Assembly: GCA_963820595.1 (NCBI GenBank)
Contig: CAWGAO010000008.1
Coordinates: forward strand, 9,857 to 73,856
From: Candidatus Tagabacteria bacterium
GTDB lineage: Bacteria; Patescibacteriota; Minisyncoccia; GCA-002779875
Direction of reading: 5' to 3'
Length of the DNA: 64,000 nucleotides
Shown piece after piece: positions 50,200 through 59,298 of this stretch (position 1 is the stretch's first letter; every line of letters begins with the position of its first letter). The translations under genes and the position numbers were made by a program. The notes under the pieces are model-generated. The model worked only from the letters and a program-made list of their open reading frames with translations. It ran no database searches and was not told where the DNA came from.

Positions 50200-50378
50200 G
50201 GAGCGACAGCGACTCTATTTTTCTTAACCCCGCCCTCTAGGCACAAAAAATTGAAAAAAATATGAAAAAAATGCACAATACGAAAATTAATATCGAAGAG
50301 AATTGCTCGCGCTTAGAGGGCGGGGTTCTCATAATTTCAGTTAAATTTTATTCATTTCATTCTAAAATTTAAGAAATT
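50200..50378 (+). repeat. mosaic module (palindromic unit GAGCGACAGCGA loop; arms ccgccctctaggcac / gcgcttagagggcgggg; leader variant)
   Basis: direct reading. Confidence 0.6.
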
Positions 50379-50777
50379 ATGGAAATAAAAGCCAAATTAG
50401 GATACTTGCGTATTTCGCCCCGAAAAGTTCGGCTGGTTGCGAACTTGGTAAAAGGCTTGCCGGCAGAAACTGCCGTCAAGCAATTAACTTTCACCCGCAA
50501 ACGAGCGGCGCTGCCCCTTGCTAAGCTCTTAAAATCCGCTATCAGCAATGCTAAAAATAATTTGCAGCTTGACCCCCAGAATCTTTACGTGAAAGAATTT
50601 AAGATAGACGAAGGACCGGTGTTCAAGCGCTATATGCCGAGAGCCCGCGGAAGAGCAACTATTATAAGAAAAAGAAGGTCTCACGTTTCCCTCGTTTTAG
50701 GAGAAATAAAAGCTAAAGCCAAAAGTCAAAAAGCAAAAGGCAAAATTATAAGTAAAAAGTCAAAAGTATCTAAATAA
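50379..50777 (+). CDS. rplV: 50S ribosomal protein L22 with Lys-rich C-terminal tail
   Basis: MEIKAKLGYLRISPRKVRLVANLVKG... Confidence 0.9.
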   Translation: MEIKAKLGYLRISPRKVRLVANLVKGLPAETAVKQLTFTRKRAALPLAKLLKSAISNAKNNLQLDPQNLYVKEFKIDEGPVFKRYMPRARGRATIIRKRRSHVSLVLGEIKAKAKSQKAKGKIISKKSKVSK

Positions 50778-50791
50778 ATTTTAATTTTATT

Positions 50792-51475
50792 ATGAGCCAC
50801 TCCGTTCATCCTTATTCGTTTCGCTTAGGACTTCTTCGCGACTGGAAATCACGCTGGTTTAATTTGAAAAAATATTCCCAATTTTTAAAAAGCGACATCC
50901 TTACATTTGAATGGCTGGAGAAAAAATTGCGCGGGATGTACGTTGAAGATGTCAATATAGAGCGTACGCCCGGAGTTCTTCACTTTATCATCAAAACTTC
51001 ACGGCCCGGCCTGATAATCGGCCGCCGGGGAGAAGGAGCAGAAAAACTGAAAAAGGATATCCGCCAATTTCTCGCGCGGAAAAAACTTGAAATTCCTCCG
51101 GAACTTAAACTAACCATTGAAGAAGTGCGCTCGCCCGAAAGCCATGCCAAGATAGTATCCCAAATGGTCGCCGAAAGTCTTGAAAAACGCTTTCCTTTCA
51201 GACGAGTGATGAAACAAACAATCGAAAAAGTAATGGCTAATAAAGACGTAAAAGGAATAAAAGTCGCCCTATCGGGAAGATTGGGAGGATCGGAAATGTC
51301 CAGACGCGAATGGCTCAAAGCCGGACGAATCCCTCTTCAAACTCTTCGCGCCGATATAGAATTTGCCCGAGAAAGAGCCCATCTGCCCTATGGAGACATC
51401 GGAATAAAAATCTGGATTTACAGGGGGGAAATATTTACCGACAAAAAACCTGCTTCAAGTGTTTCTCAAAAATAA
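50792..51475 (+). CDS. rpsC: 30S ribosomal protein S3
   Basis: KH-domain region and ...GIKVALSGRLGGSEMSRREW... Confidence 0.9.
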   Translation: MSHSVHPYSFRLGLLRDWKSRWFNLKKYSQFLKSDILTFEWLEKKLRGMYVEDVNIERTPGVLHFIIKTSRPGLIIGRRGEGAEKLKKDIRQFLARKKLEIPPELKLTIEEVRSPESHAKIVSQMVAESLEKRFPFRRVMKQTIEKVMANKDVKGIKVALSGRLGGSEMSRREWLKAGRIPLQTLRADIEFARERAHLPYGDIGIKIWIYRGEIFTDKKPASSVSQK

Positions 51476-51526
51476 TCAAAATCCCCGCTGGTCAAAGCGG
51501 GGTTCTTTGATAAAATTAAAATTGCA

Positions 51527-52213
51527 ATGAATAAAAATCAATCTTATCAAAATTTTATCCAGCTATCACCATCTGCACTCTCTCTTTATATGGAATGTCC
51601 GAAATGCTTTTGGCTTCAAAAAATAAACGGAATCCACAGACCGAAGCAAATTTTTGCGATTCAAAACAACTTCGACAGGATTTTAAAAATCTATTTCGAC
51701 AATTTTCGCGAAGGAGACAACCTGCCGCCGGAACTAATTGGCAAAGTCGAAGGCAAACTTTTCGCCGATAAAGAGTTGCTTGAAAAATGGAGGAACGCCC
51801 TAAAGCCAACTCTCAAATACCGCCATCCCGATTATCCCGATTTCGGTCTGGCGGGAGGGCTGGACGACTGTTTGTTCGACGGAAAATATTACATTCCCAT
51901 TGATTTTAAAACCACGGGCAGTTCGAGTTTCGAGGAAAATTCCGAAAAATATTACCAGCATCAACTCGACATCTATAATTTCCTTTTAGAAGAAAACGGC
52001 TACAAAACAAGGGGTATCGCTTACCTCGTTTATTATAAACCCGAAGAAGTTGTCGGCGAAGGCACGATAAAATTCCAGATTGTCGTTAAAAAAATGGAAA
52101 CCGACCATAAGCGCGCTCTCCGGCTATTCGAAGATGCTATTGAACTGCTCCAGGGACCTATGCCCAAAAGCCATTCCGAATGCGAGTATTGCGCTGGGCG
52201 AACGACTTCATAG
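51527..52213 (+). CDS. PD-(D/E)XK nuclease superfamily protein, Cas4/RecB-like with N-terminal Cys and C-terminal CxxC
   Basis: YMECPKCFW N-terminal Cys, IPIDFKT D-x-K block, C-terminal CEYC. Confidence 0.55.
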   Translation: MNKNQSYQNFIQLSPSALSLYMECPKCFWLQKINGIHRPKQIFAIQNNFDRILKIYFDNFREGDNLPPELIGKVEGKLFADKELLEKWRNALKPTLKYRHPDYPDFGLAGGLDDCLFDGKYYIPIDFKTTGSSSFEENSEKYYQHQLDIYNFLLEENGYKTRGIAYLVYYKPEEVVGEGTIKFQIVVKKMETDHKRALRLFEDAIELLQGPMPKSHSECEYCAGRTTS

Positions 52214-52314
52214 ATTAGAATAATTTAGTCCTGAGTTTTATTGAAGGGCAAACGATTTTATCGATTAAAAGAATAAAAAATCAAAAGCGCCCAGAAGGGC
52301 GCTCGTTGCTATTT

Positions 52315-53064
52315 TTATTCAATCATTTTAAAAGGTACTGATTTGATTATCGATATTTTAAGATAATATTTCCTATCTTCGACATTTAAAAGATAGTCAA
52401 TATCGGCCTCACTAATAATCTCATAAATGTTTTCTATGGGTATGGGAGGCGGCGGCAGATTGGAAATGCGGCGCATCAGACGGAAAAGAAAGCGGTCCTT
52501 AAAATTTTTCAGGCATTTTTCCATATTATCCAGCGTCCGTTCGCATAAGTCGCGGCTTCCTTCATCAATCAAAACGGTCGGATCATAAATCCAGAGATTC
52601 CCGCCGGGTTTTAATACTCGAAGCCATTCTCGGATTGCCGCCGCGGGATTTTTAAGAGAATGAAGTACGCCTGAACTGATTACAAAATCACATTCACCGT
52701 CACAGAAATCCAAATGGCTCGCATCGCATTTCATAAAGAAAATATGCGGACAACCTTGCCTGAATTTTTCCTCATCCGCGAATTTCAGCAGTTTCTCGCA
52801 CAAATCAACGCCAACAAGGGTTAAATCTGGCCTTAGTTTGGCTATTTCGAAAAGCATAAAACCAGGTCCGGTTCCGATGTCCAGAAGATTCTTGACATTA
52901 CTCCGCGCATTGATTTCCTCAACGATTTCCCTTGCGACTGCCGAATAAAATAAGGTTTTTGTATTTCTGGCAAGATTTTCATACATTGAAGCAGCAAAAT
53001 CGGGAATTTTTTCCGGCCAGAATTTTTTAATTATCTTGGCACAGATCTTTTTATAAATGCCCAT
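52315..53064 (-). CDS. class I SAM-dependent methyltransferase
   Basis: LLDIGTGPG motif I, VGVDL motif II. Confidence 0.7.
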   Translation of the reverse strand: MGIYKKICAKIIKKFWPEKIPDFAASMYENLARNTKTLFYSAVAREIVEEINARSNVKNLLDIGTGPGFMLFEIAKLRPDLTLVGVDLCEKLLKFADEEKFRQGCPHIFFMKCDASHLDFCDGECDFVISSGVLHSLKNPAAAIREWLRVLKPGGNLWIYDPTVLIDEGSRDLCERTLDNMEKCLKNFKDRFLFRLMRRISNLPPPPIPIENIYEIISEADIDYLLNVEDRKYYLKISIIKSVPFKMIE

Positions 53065-53086
53065 TTTTCTCCCTTATCATCGAAAA

Positions 53087-53353
53087 TCAATATTCAATAG
53101 CCTGGAGCAAAGAAAAAACTTTGCGATAATTCTTATCTTTCGCTTCTTGGGTTAATTTGACTATCTTTTGACGAATTTTTTCCTTTTTGGAATCAATCCC
53201 GACATACCGCTGTGCCTCCTCGGCAGAACCGATAAAATCATGTTCGGATTCAAATTCTATTCTTTCACCCTCAAATTCTAATTCGGCAAGTTTTTTCTTT
53301 AATTTCCACGCTTGTTCTATCATATTCTCTTCGGTTAATTCCTTTTTAGCCAT
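53087..53353 (-). CDS. hypothetical protein (88 aa)
   Basis: SD aaaggagg + ATG; charged helical. Confidence 0.4.
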   Translation of the reverse strand: MAKKELTEENMIEQAWKLKKKLAELEFEGERIEFESEHDFIGSAEEAQRYVGIDSKKEKIRQKIVKLTQEAKDKNYRKVFSLLQAIEY

Positions 53354-53459
53354 TTTTCCAACCTCCTTTTTTAAAACAACTTTTCAAATCAAGCATACTA
53401 CAATACATAGAATTGTAAAGAAGCCATTGGTTTTTCTTTCAAAAAAATATAAAATAAAC

Positions 53460-53759
53460 TTAGAAAAATAAGAAGCCTAAGCGACTATATTTTTCTAACC
53501 CCCTCTTTTACACACAGCTTTTTAGTTAAAGTTTAATAATTTATTTGATATAATAAAAAAGTGGTTTGTTTTCCGAAATTAAATTTAGTGTTAAAAGAGG
53601 GGGTGCTCAAAATTACCGCGCCCGACTTCGCCTCGACGTTTCAAGTTAAAAAATAAAATGAATATGAAAAGACAATATACAAATAAAATTGAAATTATTA
53701 TCAAGGCGTCGAAGTCGAGGCGGGCGGGTTATTCACTAACATTCATATAATTTTGGCGG
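53460..53759 (+). repeat. mosaic module with a second perfect ~20-bp-stem hairpin element nested inside the leader box
   Basis: leader interrupted between AAAATTA and TTATTCACT by ccgcgcccgacttcgcctcgacg...cgtcgaagtcgaggcgggcgg. Confidence 0.6.
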
Positions 53760-54815
53760 ATGCTAATCATCGAAAAACAAAAACTGAATGACTGGGTAAA
53801 AGAGCTGGCAAGAACTATGCCGGTTTTCGCGCCTGTGCGCAGACCTGCCCGCAATGCTACGCATAGCGTTGCAGGCAGAAATCAGCAGGGTGCGATTGAA
53901 TCGGTTTTTGAAAAATTTAAGCCTAGCACAGAAATAGACTTCGAATATCTGCCCACTCTTCGTTCGGTAAAAGAATTTTTCTATCCGGCAGAAGAGGAAA
54001 TTTTTGTTTTCGATAAAAAAAGAAATAAAATCTCAACCCCGCAAAAAGCAAAACCCTTTGTCATATTCGGCCTGAATTTGCGCGACCTCGAGGCAATTAC
54101 CCAACTCGATGAGATAATGTTAAAACCAAACCAGGACTTTTTTTATTTTCAAAAAAGAAACTCCGCAGTAATAATCGGGATATCAAACGAGCCCGTTAAA
54201 ATTCCTCCCGGAGGAGATTTGATTTTGGAAAAAATAAACGAAGAACAATACGAGATTATTCCCTTAACCGAAAAAGGAAGATTGCTTGCGAAAAATAAAT
54301 TCTTTAAAGAAAAATCTGGGATATTGACAAGTGGTGGCGTCAAATCACCGGACCAAAACATAATGCCGAAGCTAAAACAACTTTTATACGACCCTGAACT
54401 CATCGCCGACGCGGTGGCCTGGTCCTGGAAAAACGACCTTCCGGTTTGGGACGAATTGGCGAAACTTTGTCTCGGCTGCGGAATCTGTACCTATGTCTGC
54501 CCTATCTGCTATTGTTTTTATATCGAGGATGGAACAAATCTCGACGGAAAAACGTGCAATCGCTGCCGGAAATGGGACGCCTGCACGCTCCCTCGTTTTG
54601 CGCAAGTCACCGGCGGATTTAATTTTCATAAAACAATCAGAGAAAGATACTACAATTGGTATTATCATAAATTTGTCAGGGCCTACAAAGAATACGGCAA
54701 ATCCCAATGCGTTGCCTGCGGTCGCTGTCAAAAATACTGCCCGGCAAGGATAGATATCGAAAAATATCTAATAAGAATAGTTGATGATTATAAGAAAACT
54801 ATGGGTTTACATTAG
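53760..54815 (+). CDS. hydB: [NiFe]-hydrogenase group 3 beta subunit-like 4Fe-4S protein
   Basis: CLGCGICTYVCPICYC and CVACGRCQKYCP ferredoxin motifs; size ~351 aa. Confidence 0.6.
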   Translation: MLIIEKQKLNDWVKELARTMPVFAPVRRPARNATHSVAGRNQQGAIESVFEKFKPSTEIDFEYLPTLRSVKEFFYPAEEEIFVFDKKRNKISTPQKAKPFVIFGLNLRDLEAITQLDEIMLKPNQDFFYFQKRNSAVIIGISNEPVKIPPGGDLILEKINEEQYEIIPLTEKGRLLAKNKFFKEKSGILTSGGVKSPDQNIMPKLKQLLYDPELIADAVAWSWKNDLPVWDELAKLCLGCGICTYVCPICYCFYIEDGTNLDGKTCNRCRKWDACTLPRFAQVTGGFNFHKTIRERYYNWYYHKFVRAYKEYGKSQCVACGRCQKYCPARIDIEKYLIRIVDDYKKTMGLH

Positions 54816-55068
54816 GAAAACGATTTTTGTAGTCGTGCCTTTATTTTTAAATACGCTAATGACTCCCACAGCCAACCCAATACTACAAAAATCGTTTTCC
54901 TGACAACTAAATAAAAATATATGCAAAATTCTTTTTGAAAACATTGCGGAAAACCTTTGAAAATTAAGGAGCCGAGTAGAAAAATCCAACTGTTTGACGA
55001 GCGAAGCGAGAAGTTTTGGATTTTTCGTAAACGAGGCGACATAATTTTCAAGGTCTGGAGCATAGAGT

Positions 55069-55926
55069 TTGAAAAATAAATTTTGCACAAATGATAATAT
55101 GGAAAACATCTACTTACCCGAAAAAGTTAAAATCATAAAAATCGAAACGCTTTCACCGGACGTAAAACTTTTTCGCCTGAAAAAAATAAAAGGAAAATTT
55201 TCTAAAAACGAGGATGGACTAATATTTAACCCCGGCCAGTTCGTGCTCGCGGGTATCTGGGGTTACGGCGAAGCGCCATTCGGTCTGGCTTCTTCCCCAT
55301 CCAAAAACTCTTACGTTGAAATAATAGTGAGAAACACAGGTGGAATAGTAACAAACGAACTCCATAGTCTTAAAGAAGGAGAGGAAATGACATTGCGCGG
55401 GCCTTACGGCAACGGCTTCCCCCTTGAATTTTTTAAAGACAAAGATTTGGTGCTGGTCACCGGCGGGTGCGGCATTCCACCCATAGCCAGCCTCATCGAA
55501 TATATTTTGAAACGCAGAAAAAAATTTGGCCGGGTTTATCTTATCTACGGAGCAAAAACGCCCCAAGATCTCCTTCTTAAAGACCGGCTGGCGGTTTGGT
55601 CAAATCAGATAAAAGTAATTCTCACTATCGATAAACCCGCGCCAGATTGGACGGGTCGGGTGGGCTTTGTCTCTGACTTCGTCAAAGAAATAGAAATTGA
55701 TGCTCAAAACGCCGCGGCTGCCATGTGCGGTCCCGGTCCGATGATGAACGCTCTTGAAAAACTTTTTAGACCGCTGGGTATTTCCGACCGCAGAATTTTC
55801 GCGAATACCGAGAGAAGAATGCAGTGCGGAATCGGCAAATGCCAGCACTGCACTACCGGCGATAAATACACCTGTCTCGACGGCCCGGTTTTCTATTTTG
55901 ACCAAATAGATAAAAACTGGGATTAA
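55069..55926 (+). CDS. hydG: hydrogenase gamma subunit-like FAD/NAD-binding oxidoreductase with C-terminal 2Fe-2S cysteines
   Basis: ferredoxin-reductase-like fold blocks; CGIGKCQHC...C. Confidence 0.6.
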   Translation: MKNKFCTNDNMENIYLPEKVKIIKIETLSPDVKLFRLKKIKGKFSKNEDGLIFNPGQFVLAGIWGYGEAPFGLASSPSKNSYVEIIVRNTGGIVTNELHSLKEGEEMTLRGPYGNGFPLEFFKDKDLVLVTGGCGIPPIASLIEYILKRRKKFGRVYLIYGAKTPQDLLLKDRLAVWSNQIKVILTIDKPAPDWTGRVGFVSDFVKEIEIDAQNAAAAMCGPGPMMNALEKLFRPLGISDRRIFANTERRMQCGIGKCQHCTTGDKYTCLDGPVFYFDQIDKNWD

Positions 55927-56046
55927 TCTTCTTCAAATTCCGCGTTTTTTAGCCGTTTTTAAGCGGCTTTTTATGCTATTGACAAATTTTGTAATTTTGC
56001 TATACTTTAGGTAGACTTGAAAATCGAAAAGAAGGAGGAAAAACAA

Positions 56047-56436
56047 ATGAAAAAAGGAAAGATTATCGGTATCGTGATTGGCGCATTGGTGGTTTTTGGT
56101 ATCATTATGCTTTGTGTCGAGAGTGGGAAGTGGACTGAATTTGAAAACGCGTTCGGATTTTCCCCGTCAGGGACCGATTATGGCTTCTGGGCCGGCGATC
56201 CTGACCCAAGATTAAAGAATCACGAACAAGATTTAATTTGGAAGGAATGGGAGAAAAAGTACGCGGACATCGAAAAGCTCTACAATGGAACAAAAGAAAT
56301 GGAAGGGTCAAATTACGCTTCCTATAGAACAGCATTTCAACTCTCTCTTGAAGTTTTTAAGAATGAAGTGAATCTGGCTCATCATTTTGGTTATTGGATC
56401 GTCCCCGACGATCCAAAGGAATTTTTAAAAAACTGA
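56047..56436 (+). CDS. signal-anchored small protein (130 aa)
   Basis: terminator then TTGACA-16-TATACT, SD aaggagg, ATG. Confidence 0.5.
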   Translation: MKKGKIIGIVIGALVVFGIIMLCVESGKWTEFENAFGFSPSGTDYGFWAGDPDPRLKNHEQDLIWKEWEKKYADIEKLYNGTKEMEGSNYASYRTAFQLSLEVFKNEVNLAHHFGYWIVPDDPKEFLKN

Positions 56437-56507
56437 CCTCCTGAACCTTAAAAGCCCGCGGCGAGCGAAAAAGATCTTGCCCTGGGCTTTTTGTTTTTGA
56501 TCTACGT

Positions 56508-57083
56508 TCAGCTGATAAGGTTTGTGATAATATCAATCATGGCTTCTTTTTCTTTAGGATTACTTATTGCTATAAGTAATACGAGTGCCACCAAGGCGTT
56601 CTCGCTGATTTTCATTTCCCCGTCTGCACTGCGGGAATAATTGTTTCGGTCCAAAAAATAAACGAACAGAAAAGCGGCAATGCGCTTGTTGCCGTCCACA
56701 AAAGGATGGTCTTTGACGGCGAAATACAAAAGATGAGCAGCTTTTTCTTCCAGACTCGCGTAAAGTTGTTTGCCGGAGTATGTCTGATAAAGCCCCCTGA
56801 TGATTCCTTCGAATTTTCCCGTATATTCCTGGCCGAATAAACTTCCCGCTCTTTTATCTTTTTTATCCGCCAATCTCTTTTTCAGTTCTTTTACTATTTG
56901 CCGGCAATCTTCTGTTTTTAAAACAAATTTTGCTTCTCCTTTAGCCTGCCGCCGCAGATTTCCGTCGTCGTATTGTTTTAAAATGGACAACGCCTTCTTA
57001 TATGAAGACAGTAAATCCGATATTTCCCGCGACTGACTTTTGGGAATTTTATGCCTGTTTTTTTCTTTTTTTATTTTTGCCAT
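56508..57083 (-). CDS. Fic/Doc family protein (Doc-type motif HPFVDGNKR)
   Basis: HPFVDGNKRIAAF; no adjacent Phd-like antitoxin ORF. Confidence 0.65.
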   Translation of the reverse strand: MAKIKKEKNRHKIPKSQSREISDLLSSYKKALSILKQYDDGNLRRQAKGEAKFVLKTEDCRQIVKELKKRLADKKDKRAGSLFGQEYTGKFEGIIRGLYQTYSGKQLYASLEEKAAHLLYFAVKDHPFVDGNKRIAAFLFVYFLDRNNYSRSADGEMKISENALVALVLLIAISNPKEKEAMIDIITNLIS

Positions 57084-57301
57084 AATTTTTAAAAATTTTA
57101 GAACGGAGTGAATAAAATTTTTGTAAAATTATGAGCACCCCGCACTAATTTTGCTGTATTATTCTTATAAAAATTTTATTTCTTACAAGCTCGATATTAC
57201 TCTCGCAGTTCGCGCGCCGCGAATAGCGGCATCCCTTATTGGGCGAAGCGGACTGCCATTTTTATACCCCGCAAAATTTAGTGCTGGGGTCGCCATAATT
57301 T
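57084..57301 (-). repeat. mosaic module supplying leader box to the Fic/Doc gene (arms ccccgcactaattttgc / gcaaaatttagtgctgggg)
   Basis: rc GGGGTGCTCATAATTTTACAAAAATTTTATTCACTCCGTTCTAAAATTTTTAAAAATT-ATG. Confidence 0.55.
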
Positions 57302-57700
57302 TTATTCCGTAGTTTTTCCGTCAAATTCGTCTGTTTTGTCCGCCATCGCCGCCTCTTTGGTCTGATGAATCACGCCGTCTCTGTGCTCCGGAGGAGAATA
57401 AACCGTGTAGAGCTTCATATAATCGCTGTCGGAAACGTTCACGATGTTGTGCTTTGTACCGGCAGGCACGACAACCGCAAAGCCGTCTTCTATGTCGTGA
57501 CTGACACCGTCTAAAATCGCTTTTCCCTTGCCTTTTTCAATTCTTAAAAACTGGTCGAGAGTATGCACCTCCTCCCCAATTTCTTCCTTGGGTTTTAAGC
57601 TCATCGCCACCAACTGGCTGTTTTTTGCGGTATAAAGCACTTTTCTGAAATTCTCGTTTCCTATTGCCTCTTTTTCAATATTTATAACATATCCTTTCAT
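57302..57700 (-). CDS. cupin-domain protein
   Basis: two-His cupin motif region G(X)5HxH-like, 132 aa. Confidence 0.5.
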   Translation of the reverse strand: MKGYVINIEKEAIGNENFRKVLYTAKNSQLVAMSLKPKEEIGEEVHTLDQFLRIEKGKGKAILDGVSHDIEDGFAVVVPAGTKHNIVNVSDSDYMKLYTVYSPPEHRDGVIHQTKEAAMADKTDEFDGKTTE

Positions 57701-57733
57701 AAATAAAATTTTACTTTAATTGATAATAAATAA

Positions 57734-58339
57734 CTATTCTTTGGCCGCAGCCTGAAAATCGAATCTTTCCAGAACCAACGGCCAGTTAATCGCTTTGAAA
57801 AATGTTTCTATGTAATCTGCCCGCTTTAAGCCGTAGTCGGGCATAAAGGCATGTTCAAAAACGTCCATCACCAAGAGCGTAGCGCAACCGGCAAGATGAC
57901 CGACATCATGTTCGTTGACCCAGACGTTAAAAAGGCGCTCCGTAACCGTATCCATATACAGCACAACCCAACCGATACCGCGCATCGAACCGACGGCCTT
58001 AAAATCTTTCTCCCAATTTTCATAGCTTCCAAAACTCGCCGCCAAGGCCTTGAAAAAATCAGAATCCATATCAAGCTTTGTTCCTCCTTTTTCCAAATTG
58101 TCGAAATAAAGTTCGTGAAGCCGCATGCCGTTGAATTCCCAGCCGAACCTGCGCTTTATTTCGTTGTACTCCGGCGTACCCGCCTTGCCGTCTTTGGTCA
58201 TCGCGGCCAAAGCATCGGCCAACTTGTTCGTATTCGCAACATATCCCTGATAAAGAGTGAAATGGTTTTTAAGCAGGTTGTCGCTTAATCCCGCCGTGCC
58301 AAACAATTGCTCAAAATTTTTCGCTTCGTATGGTTTCAT
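57734..58339 (-). CDS. sodA: Fe/Mn superoxide dismutase
   Basis: C-terminal DVFEHAF and WVVL blocks, 201 aa. Confidence 0.8.
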   Translation of the reverse strand: MKPYEAKNFEQLFGTAGLSDNLLKNHFTLYQGYVANTNKLADALAAMTKDGKAGTPEYNEIKRRFGWEFNGMRLHELYFDNLEKGGTKLDMDSDFFKALAASFGSYENWEKDFKAVGSMRGIGWVVLYMDTVTERLFNVWVNEHDVGHLAGCATLLVMDVFEHAFMPDYGLKRADYIETFFKAINWPLVLERFDFQAAAKE

Positions 58340-58379
58340 ATAAAATAATTTTACTATTTTTAGTGAAAAAGATAAACCA

Positions 58380-58645
58380 CCCCGGCACCAATTTTGCGTG
58401 ATATTTCACGGCGAAGCGCTCCCCGAAGTATCCGCCTCCGGCGGAACTACGGGGCAGGTCGCCCTAACTCTAGTGGCTACTTGCCCCGCATAATCGCGTA
58501 GCGATTTGTGCGGGGTTCGCCGCACGCGCTTCGCAAAAATTGTTCTTATTTCCCGCCTATAAAGCGCCTAGCAACAAAAAAGTGGCAAAATTGATGCGGG
58601 GTGCCCAAAAATTATAGTCGTTTCACTCCTTAATTTTTGGCAAAT
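58380..58645 (+). repeat. degenerate module (no ATG at leader end) whose spacer carries copy B of the GC-rich structured repeat
   Basis: arms accccggcaccaattttgcg / gcaaaattgatgcggggtg; leader ends ggcaaata instead of ggcatg. Confidence 0.55.
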
Positions 58646-58687
58646 AAAAACCCGCCAATACGTTTCCATATGACGGGGTATAATTTT

Positions 58688-58984
58688 CTACATTGTTCTT
58701 ACGGTTGCGCCCTTGAAAGGCCAGCCGACAAAGACATAAATTTTTACTTCTTTGCCAAGACTATTAGTGGCAAATGCGGTAAATCGTGCCGCATCGCTTT
58801 GATCGCCACCCCTGCAGCCCATCGCGAATATAGCCTTATCAACGATTCTGATATTGCTATATCCCTGCGTTTCCAAGGCCCTGATTGCGGAACTTTCACT
58901 GACGCAACCTCCGCGGAAAGAAAGCGCCACAACTAACAAAAGACAGATGAGATAAATAACGATTTTGATTTCACTATCCTCCAT
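58688..58984 (-). CDS. small signal-anchored (lipoprotein-like) protein
   Basis: SD aaaaggagg + ATG; hydrophobic N-terminus followed by Cys. Confidence 0.45.
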   Translation of the reverse strand: MEDSEIKIVIYLICLLLVVALSFRGGCVSESSAIRALETQGYSNIRIVDKAIFAMGCRGGDQSDAARFTAFATNSLGKEVKIYVFVGWPFKGATVRTM

Positions 58985-59026
58985 TGATTTCACCTCCTTT
59001 TCAAGGATTTTTTGATTTCAACGACT

Positions 59027-59188
59027 ACTGTCTCTTCCTTAATAATTTCGAGATAATGTCAATGACATGCAAAGCCAAACCCATAAGAGCGAGCGAGAAA
59101 AAAATCGCTGCCAATAATGCACATACGCTCCTAGTCGCTAAAAAGATGAAGAAACAACCTAATACCATAAAAATTAACACCGTTTTTC
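59027..59188 (-). CDS. small two-helix membrane protein (53 aa)
   Basis: SD aaaggagg + ATG; not in ORF track (below 60 aa). Confidence 0.35.
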
Positions 59189-59298
59189 CATAACTCATTT
59201 CGTCCTTCCTCCTTTTTTGTCAAAAATCAATTTCGATAGAAAGATAGCATTTCCACAAAATTTGTCAAGGTGATGGGTAATGGTTTAAAATAAAGGTA

